Shown here: one piece after another, positions 55,403 to 64,000 of the stretch
How positions within the stretch are numbered: position 1 is the stretch's first letter
How the letters are laid out: each line of letters begins with the position of its first letter
Assembly (NCBI GenBank): GCA_965112735.1
Contig: OZ218960.1
Coordinates: 744,001 to 808,000 of the forward strand
Origin: Phaeosaccion multiseriatum
Lineage: Eukaryota; Protista; Ochrophyta, other classes
Reading direction: 5' to 3'
Length of the DNA: 64,000 nucleotides
The notes under the pieces: model-generated
What the model was told of the DNA's origin: nothing
The model's database searches: none
What the model saw: only the letters and a program-made list of their open reading frames with translations
Position numbers and translations under genes: made by a program

Positions 55403-58308
55403 GTGAGTTCTCTTCCGTGCGTGTGTGTGTGCGTGCGTGTGTGTAGCGGCAAGACAAGCGTGGCTAGACCCCGTCTGCAGCCAGCCGTCAAGTCCAAAGA
55501 CCTCTCGCCCGTTCTCTCCCTCTAACCCTGCCTCACCCAACTGGAGAGACAAGACTATATACACGCCGTAACTAGTAAGGGGTAAGGCCTTCCCCTCTTT
55601 GCCTCACCTCCCCTCCCCTGCACCCTCCGCCCCACCCCCTGCCTTCTCCACGATTTGAGCTCACCTCTCTACGTTGTCGTCGAGTTTGTCAGTCACAGCC
55701 TGTAGATCGTCGTTCAGCATACCATTGTCACCCACATCCAGGAACGTGATGGTGTGGTTACTCTGGAAACCCCTCGCCAGTTCAGCTCCGCCCCTCCCAC
55801 CCAAACCACATCTGGTGCACAAGCGGGAAGGTTGCGAGAACGCACGCACACGCACACGCACACGTACACACACACGCATACACACACACGTACACACATA
55901 CACACATATATGCACACACACGCACGTACGCAGGTGTGGAAAGAAACAGGAGGCAAAGGGAGCAAGCAGGCGTGAGGGAGAGCGAGAAGGCTTTCCCTTC
56001 TCCTTTCTCACTATATATATACTGCAGAGGGGGGAGGGGGGCGATGGTGGGAGATGAGAGGCCTCCATAAAGCCGTCAAGGCACGACAAAGGAAGGAGAC
56101 AAAATCAAATCCAACTAAAGCTTACTGCGTTTACTGCGGTACTGCGGATGGATGGATACAGAGAGACTGAGAACGAAATCAACGACTGCCTTCCCCCCCC
56201 TCCTCCTCCTCCTCCTCCTCCTCCTCCTCCTCCTCCTCCTCCTCCTCCTCCCCAGTCACTCACTCACCTCCACAGGTTGAGCGAGGTAAGACACGTGTTA
56301 GTCCGGAGCATCTCCGCCAAGACCATCACCCCCGACAAGTCCTTGCCAATGGTCATGGGCCCTCCTCCGATGGCCTCTCCATTAGGGCCACTCCCCCGAC
56401 CATCTCGACCATCGCGACCGTCGGAGCCCGTGCCCCCGGAGCCTCCGTCCTTGCTGCTGCCGCTGCCGTCGCCGCTATTGCTACTGTTTCCGCCGCTGGA
56501 TGCTCCGCCAGCGCCGTCCCCATCTCCCCCCCCACCGCCGCCTCGGCCCGCCCTGAGACACACGACGCGAGAGCATGTTTGTTCAAGAGTAAGAAGAGTG
56601 TAGGAAAAGTGTCCCTCCTCTCTCCCTCCGGCTGTTTTGAAAGACGAAAAGATGGTATGCAGTATTCCCTTCCCTACGCTGCCCTGCCCTCCCTCTCCCC
56701 CTCCCCCTCCCTCCCTCCCTCCCTCCCTCCCTCCCTCCCTCCCTCCCTCCCTCCCCCTTACCTATAGCTCTTGGAGGTGAGTGGATTGCTCTCTAACGTG
56801 AGCTGCGTGAGGGTACTATTCTCCTTGAGCGATTCTCCAAAGGCGGCAAGGGTCTTGGGCCCCAGACAATTACCCTCCATTTCAAGCTTCCGCAACGATT
56901 TGTTACGCATGAGTAGTCGCGCCACGTACGCGCCCGCAAAGTCGTCGAGGCCGTTTCGAGAGAGGTCCAAACTCGTCAGGCTCGTGTTGGTCCACATGGC
57001 CTACTCGCCAGGGAGGGAGGGAGGGAGGGAGGGAGGGAGGAAGGGCGGGAGGGATGGGGCTCCTTAAGGACCTCTCAACTACCCACCTTGGACCACCTAA
57101 GCCCCTCCGACCTGCCGAAGGAGTACACAACATACGCCTAGGCACCTGCCAGACCACCACACCACACCACACCAACGCCCTCACCTTGGATAAGCATCTG
57201 GCAGTGATGCAGTTAACCTGTATCCGGGCCGTGGGTGGGGTGGCGTTTTGCTTGACCAGGTCCAGCCATGATGCCAGAATGTGGTCGGCCGAAACAGCGT
57301 CCTTCTCTTCTTGGAGCTTTGGGAAATAGGGTGGGGTGAGTGGGGGGAGGGAGGGAGTTGGTGATACAGAGGGAGGGAGCGATGGAGGTGACGTGGTGGT
57401 GTCATGTACGAATCCTATACTTGTGGGTGGAGGTGTGGGGAATACAGCTGGTGGACCAATCAAGGCGAACGGCAGAGGCGGTAGGAGCTCACGACGTCCA
57501 TGCCCACCCCTCTACCCTCTACCCACCTGCATTTCGAGCAGCGCTCTCTTTCTTTGCAAGCCTGCTTGCTGTGCTGCCACCTCCTTTTTCTCACGCTGTT
57601 GCCTGCGCACACGATGAGACAGTGACAAAGACTAGAAGGTTAGAGTACTCGAAAAGGATGAGCCATCAAGCCTCCCTTATGTCTCGATTGCGTGTGCTGG
57701 CTGGGATATGGGAGGGCCCTCTTCGCCTTTCGACAAAGCCCCAGCCCAGTCCCTGTCACTGCCAAGACCACTCTCTCTTCTGTTGAGGGAGGACGCTCAT
57801 TCCTCACTCACTTGATGAGATTCTCTACACATGACAAACTCCCTGCCCAGCCCCCGTCACTCACTACCAAGAGAGCCCTCCCTCCTGGATTGAGGGACAT
57901 TCAAATAACGACTTACTCGCTCACTTATGAGATTCACCCCACTCACGCAACTACTCTCACTCACTTGATGAGATTCTCTTTCTCCATCTGGAACTCCTCG
58001 TTCAAGATGACCTGCAGCGTCGCCACGTCCTGATCTCTGAAGCCGGTGGGTCGAATCTTACGCAGCTCGAGCTCCTCCACAATCCTGCCGTTGCTAAAAT
58101 CATTCGCGTCCATGGCTTGCAGCGCCGACGCGTCAAAGGAGTCGCCCCGATCTCTTCCTCTCCCACCCCCGCCCCCTCCTCCCCCGGCGCCGTACTCATC
58201 GTCCACCAACTCGTCGTCGATGTCGGGCATCATATCGTTCTCCATCTCTCTCCCTCCTCCCCCTCCTCCCCCCCCTCCTTGCTCGTCTTGCAAGCCCTCC
58301 CCGTCCAT
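54655..58308 (-). CDS. RNI-like leucine-rich repeat protein with coiled coil and Lys-rich C-terminus, ~8 exons
   Basis: Motifs: NTSLTSLDLSRNGL, NKSLRKLEMEGNCL, NSTLTQLTLESNPL, NTCLTSLNLWRCGL, NHTITFLDVGDNGM. It ends KKNKKGKKGKKKK, and the start is tentative. Confidence 0.82.
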
Positions 58309-58690
58309 CTCGACGACGTCTTTCCAGCTCTCGCTTACAAACCCTTCCTTCCTTTTTCAAGGCAGTCTACGCTGAAACGCCAAATACGTAACCTTACGTA
58401 CATTTTTGGGGGATTCTCCTCTCTTCTCCCTCTCAGCTTCTCTCTGTTGAGAAGCCTGCTCTACTCACCTGTATTGCTCTCCCCCCTGCTCTCCACTGCC
58501 TCTTGGCTCCAGGGGAGGGGGCGAATTCCCTACGGAGAGCAGAAACAAGGACTGTGGAGGGAAAAGAAGAACAAGAAGAACAAGAAGAAGGAAAAGGGAA
58601 GGGGGGGAGTTTGGAGGACCAGCGGCAGGAGCCCGGCCACGGGGGCCCGGCAGAGCACAGGGGGGAGAGGGAGCGGAGGGGAGGGAAATC

Positions 58691-61600
58691 ATGGATTCAT
58701 TTGATTCATTTCCCTCCTCGTATGGGTCCGAGACGATCGGCGCTGATGATAGTCGTCTCTCCTCCCATGACGTCTACGAGGAGGAGCTGGGCATACTGGT
58801 GGGGCTGGACCTCACTCTCCTTCTGGTCTTTACCACATTTCTTCTGTGGTACTATCGTTCCCCGTTGGTTCCCTGGGTGCTGTCCTTGTGTGTGGGCACG
58901 GCATGGTACCTGGGCTTTTGCGGAACCTTGCTCCTGCCAGCCGATGTGGCTGACGCGATGATCAATGGCAATGGACAAGGTGAGAGGCGATGAAGGGTCA
59001 TGGAGGCAGGATTGTCCTTCTATGAGGAGCGACTCGGCGCGCGCAATGTTGACCCCAGAGACGCCTAACTTCCGCTTCCGAGAGTTTCTGTGTGCTTTCG
59101 TCTAGCTACGCCCGAGTCTTGCCATGCCTTGGTCCAGGGCTTCATTCGCCACTAAGTGCCACTTTGTTGTTGCTGTGGTAGGACACACGCACTCGCACAC
59201 CGTCGCCCCAACTGTGCCCCCCCTCCTCCCCGCCTGACTACCCACTCCCTCTACGCTCTACTCGCCTCGCCGCACCTAATCAACAACAGGGAGCAGCAGC
59301 TGGGTGCTCTCGTGCTGGTACGCCATATACTGGTCCACCTTCCTTCTCTCGTGGGTGGTGCTGCCCGTGGCCAGGTATGTTAGTATGTCAGCGACAGAAG
59401 GGCTCCTGTCGCAGCCGCACAAGCATACACATGCACACAAACGCCGCACACAAACAACACACGCACACACACGCACCAAACAATGTACAATCGCCTCACC
59501 TCCTCCTCCTCGTCCTCCTCTTCAACTTCCTCTTCTTTCTCCCCCTCCTCTTCCTTCTCCTCCTCCTCCTCCTCCTCCTCCTCCTCCTCCTCCTCCTCCT
59601 CCTCCTCCTCCTCCTCCTCCTCCTCCTCCTCTCCTCCCCCTCCTCCTCCAATAACAACAACAGGAGTGCGTGGCATGCGGGCGAGCTGACGTGGAGGCTT
59701 CGCGTGAAGGCCGCCCTGCGCGACAACGTGCGACAGTACGTCATCATGGCTGTGGGAGGGTTGGTGGGGGTGGTCTATCTGCTTGCCTCGGGGCAGAGCG
59801 CCCTTGGAGACTTGAGCGGCCTCATTATGGCCTTGGGTAACACCTACGGACTGCTGGTACGGAGGAGGAGGAGGAGGAGGAGGAGGAGGAGGAGGAGGAG
59901 GAGGAGGAGGAGGAGGAGGGTTCTGGTAGGCCATGTATCCCCCCGCTGAGTGGAAACTCAAACTCAAACTCTCGCCTCCCGTGTCCCTTCCCCCGCCCCT
60001 TCTCGCCCTTGCGCGTATGCGCACATGGATTGCGTGTTGGTGGTATGTAAAACATACACATACGTCTTCGTCGTCAGCTGATCATCGTGCTGCTGGGGTA
60101 CGGCTTGGTGGAGATGCCCCGCAGCATGTGGCAACTGAGCTTCCTGCAGAACGAGCTCGACAGAATGTACTTTAGAGCCACTCAGGTAGGGTGGTATGGG
60201 TACAAGTAGCACACGTACGGTACCGCGGAGGAGGGTCTCTGCCTTGTGCTGCTCTCTGCTGTCTCCCCTCTGTACCCTTCCCTCAGCCCCCCCCCCCCCC
60301 CTCCTCTTTCTCTCCCCGCTTTGTGGCCCTCTCCAGCTCGACACAACGTTGTATGATGCCATCTTCGAGCTGGACGATGTCGATGTGTCGGTGGACAAGA
60401 TGCAGAGGAGAGTCGCTGCCCTTTCACCACACCAAAAGGTAAGAAGGACACAACATACGGACCGGTGCGCATGCCATGCAATACGTATCTTCAGCCTCTA
60501 TTTTGTCCCATCTCCCAAACTCCTTCGTCCTCTACCCCCTCTTACTCACTCATCCCCTCTTAATCCCTCTCCGTCCTTCCCTTTCCCTTCGCCCTTTCGA
60601 CCTCCCTCCCTTACTCACCCCTCACTCACTCCACCCCCCTCCCTCCTCTCCCTCCCATTCTCCATCTCCTCCCTTCTCTCTCTCTCCCTCCCTCTTTCTC
60701 AAGTTGGTGGACGGTGTGGAGGACCTAATGGTCTGCATACAACGCACTCGAGAAGACTTTGATTCCATGGGAATCGACAGATTCCAGGGACGGCAGCAGC
60801 AGCACGGCGGATCCGCAGCAGTTGGTGATACAGCTGGCAGAGGAGGAGGAGGAGGAGGAGGGGAGAGGGGAGGGAGGGGGAGAGGGATCCACAACATGAA
60901 TGGAGGAGGTGGAAGTAACAGCGCAGTGGACTTCAATGGTCTCCCCCCAACAGATGGCGACGACGTAACACGGCAACAACTCGTGGAGATGCACGCACAC
61001 CTACGCAGGGCCCAAGATCGTGTGACCATTGCTAAGCACAGTTGGGATGACTTGCTGAATGGGGTGGCTCGCTTGGAGCAGCTGAGAGACGGGTCTCTAC
61101 CTTACCCTCGCTCCACCTCCGGCCCGGGTTAGTGGACTTGAGGAAGGGGGGGAGGGGAGGGGAGGGGAGGGAGGGGAGAGGAGGGAAGGAGGAGGAGAGG
61201 GAGGAGTGGAGGATGTGTGTGTGTGTGTGTATGTGTGTGAGTGGGTGAGTGAGTGAAGGGCCCGGCCCCGCGCAAGATCACGATACGCTAATGATATTCC
61301 GCACGCCACAGCTTCCCTCTCTCTCTTTGGGGGGAGGGTGGATGTAGTCAGCTCTTCAGAGTTTGTGTTTTAAGGTCACAGTGTGTTCTTAAGTGTCTCG
61401 TCTAGCTCCTTGATATCTACTTTCTCTCTCTCACTCTCTCTCCTTCCCTCTCCCTCTCTCTCTCTCTTGTCCTCCCCCCTCTCTGCCTCTTCTAGATGCG
61501 AGCTTCTTCAGTCGAGTGTGGCACTTCCTGTATCTCCTCCTGCAACGCTTCTCCTGGTACTGGCAGACGAGTCTGTCTGGGAGGTATGTGGGGCGGCCTC

Positions 61601-64000
61601 AGAGGGAGGAAAGGGAGAGCAAGAGGTCCTCAGAGGGAGGGAACGGAGAGCAAGAGGGACGCAGGGCAGGGCAGGGCTGGGCAGGGCAGAGTGTAGAGGC
61701 ACATGGGCAGGGCAGGGTAGAGGTATATGGGCAGGGCAGAGGTATATGGGCAGGGCAGGGCAGAGGTATTTGGGCAGGGCAGCAGGAGAGTGTAGAGGTA
61801 CATGGGCAGGGCAGGGTAGAGCAGAGCAGAAGCATAGAGTAGCGTTGAGCAGGGTAGAGTGGATCAGAGCAGGGCAGGGTACAGTAGGGCAAGGCAGAGT
61901 AGAGCATGTTATTGACTTAATTGGAAGGGCAGAGTAGAGCAGGTGTTTTGCTTACGCTTGGGGCAGCCGCTTACCACTTGAGCTGTGGGTTAGCGCACGC
62001 TGACGTGTGGTCGCTGCTCTGGAGTGGTGAGAAGCACGAATGTGACTCTCTCACCCACCCACCCACCCATCCTTCACTTCCTCCATCCCTCACTCTCTTC
62101 CTTGCCTCCCTCACTCCCCTCCCTCTCCTCCCCCCCTCCCTCCTTCTGCTCCTCTTCGATACACAAGGTGCAATCGAGCTCTGTCTGTGGTGTGCTGCTG
62201 GCTGAGCGTGCTCATTCTATGGAGCGAAGTAGTAATTGGCGTTACAAGCTACAATCTGTCCCCCTTCGGACAGATCCTCAGAGGTGAGCAGGGTCTGGCT
62301 ATGGCACTTAAGACCCCCACCCACCCACCCACCCACCCACCCCCACACCCACCCCCCCACCCACCCTCACTCACCCACCCACCCGCTCGCCCACTCGCCA
62401 CCCACCCACCCACCCCGCCCGCCCCGCCCACCATTCCTGCCAATCAGTCCTGGGAAGTGCGACGCATCACACTGGGGAGAGCACCCCTGTCATACTGCAG
62501 GTTGCGGCGATGGTTCCCTTTCTATACATGTCTGTGTGTTGTTATAGGGCACTCTTTAAGATCAAACTCTTTGGAGAGTTCTCGCTCAAGCCGCGGCACC
62601 ACAGGTGAGTGAGTGAGTGAGTGAGTGAGTGAGTGAGTGAGTCAGACTTGTGCATAAACTTCTGTGATTGGTGACATCTGTGATGACCTTTGTTTTGTTT
62701 GTGGTCACATCCTTTCCATCTGTGGGGTAAAATATCTGTCCCTCTTTTGTCTGTCAATGAATGAGTTCATCCGAGTCAAGTCGGTCAGTCTATACACATA
62801 GTTTCTCTCCTCGCCTTTGCTTCGCTTCGAGCTCTCTCCTCACGTCTCTCTGTTTTCTTCGCCGCCCGTCTGCTTTTCTCTCTTTTCCTTCGCCCTCCCC
62901 TTTCTCTCCTTTCCCCGTCTTCTCTCTCTCTCTCTCTCTCTCTCTCTTATGTGTGCGTGTGTGTGTGCGCGTGCTTGCGTGTATGCAGCTTGCCCGGCCC
63001 CCTGTTGTTCAACGCACAGTACCTCTGTCGGCTTCAATTCTCGCTGGGCTACAACTACCTGCAAGTGCTCGGAGCAAGCAGCGGACGAGTCGTGTCCTTC
63101 ACGGCCTTCCAAGATGTACGTGCTTGCGTGGGCTTGCGCGCGCTTAGTTGCCCTCCCTTCGTCCCTCCCTTCTTCCTTCTCTCCCTCCTTCCTTCTCTCC
63201 ACCCCTCCCTCCCTCCTCCCTCCTCCCTCCCCCCCTCCTTCCCTCGCACCCTCCATCCCTCCCTCCCTCCCTCCATTCCCCCTTACGTACGTCGCACGGC
63301 TTTGCGTTCCCCGTTGTCCCCCTCCCGCCGCTATTCTCTAAATCCCTCCCAACGCACGGGCACACACACACATCACCACAACCACACCACAACCACACCA
63401 CAACCACACCACAACCACACCACAACCACACCACACCACACCACACCACAACCACACCACACCACACCACAACCACACCACAACCACACCACAACCACAC
63501 CACAACCACACCACAACCACACCACAACCACACCACAACCACACCACAACCACACCACAACCACACCACAACCACACCACATTCACACCACAACCACACC
63601 ACAACCACACCACACACATCACCACAACCACACCACAACCACACCACAACCACACCACAACCACACCACAACCACACCACAACCACACCACAACCACACC
63701 ACAACCACACCACAACCACACCACAACCACACCACAACCACACCACAACCACGCCGCAACCACACCACAACCACACCACAACCACACCACAACCACACCA
63801 CAACCACACCACACCACACCACAACCACACCACAACCACACCACAACCACACCACAACCACACCACACACATCACCACAACCACACCACAACCACACCCC
63901 AGGTTATGAGTGACATGGAGGTGGTGCCGCTGCTGGGCACGAGTTTCAATGTGTACGCCCCTCTAATGATGGTGGTGCTGTGCATCTTCACCTTCGGCAA
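58691..64000 (+). CDS. LMBR1-domain multi-pass membrane protein (LMBRD2-like), 3' end outside window
   Basis: Motifs: WYLGFCGTLLLPADV, WYAIYWSTFLLSWVVLP, MALGNTYGLLLIIVLLGYGLVEMPRSMW, LSVLILWSE, LLFNAQYLCRLQFSLGYNYL, VVPLLGTSFNVYAPL. Confidence 0.9.
61663..61905 (+). repeat. Intronic G-rich minisatellite, same family as 19731-20060
   Basis: Shares an identical 41-mer (61703-61743 = 19882-19922). Confidence 0.85.
63374..63897 (+). repeat. Intronic 11-bp minisatellite (CACCACAACCA)n
   Basis: About 520 bp of tandem units running up to the splice acceptor at 63901-63902. Confidence 0.92.

Overview
Gene-dense, intron-rich, GC-rich eukaryotic nuclear DNA full of microsatellites. A photosynthetic stramenopile (ochrophyte) origin is most likely, inferred from an ASAFAP-type bipartite plastid signal, CxxxGC...CxxHG zinc-finger repeats and a CryptonS-like element. 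Nearly all of the listed long ORFs are low-complexity artefacts, so real genes were rebuilt by hand from splice sites. In order they are: a 5'-truncated KNL2/M18BP1-like centromere-licensing gene; an apparently intact Crypton-type tyrosine-recombinase element (~7.5-11.1 kb) whose 970-aa protein ends in a PHD-like finger and which is bracketed by a matching pair of GTGGGGC-N4/5-GCCCCAC palindromes; a thylakoid-lumen cyclophilin; V-ATPase subunit A (15 exons); a WRKY19-like zinc-finger-repeat/polyQ protein; a 2OG-Fe(II) dioxygenase; an alpha/beta hydrolase; an orphan ORF; NAD kinase; a SCY1-like pseudokinase; an ARM-repeat protein; an LRR protein; and a 3'-truncated LMBR1-domain protein. Eight of these genes form four tight head-to-head pairs. 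Beyond the Crypton, the most unusual signal is a dispersed 18-bp motif (GCAGCAGTTGGTGATACA) found in exons of unrelated genes, in both orientations and in several reading frames. Several structured tandem arrays (13, 28, 29, 33, 39 and 126 bp) are also present. All family assignments come from motif recognition, not database searches.
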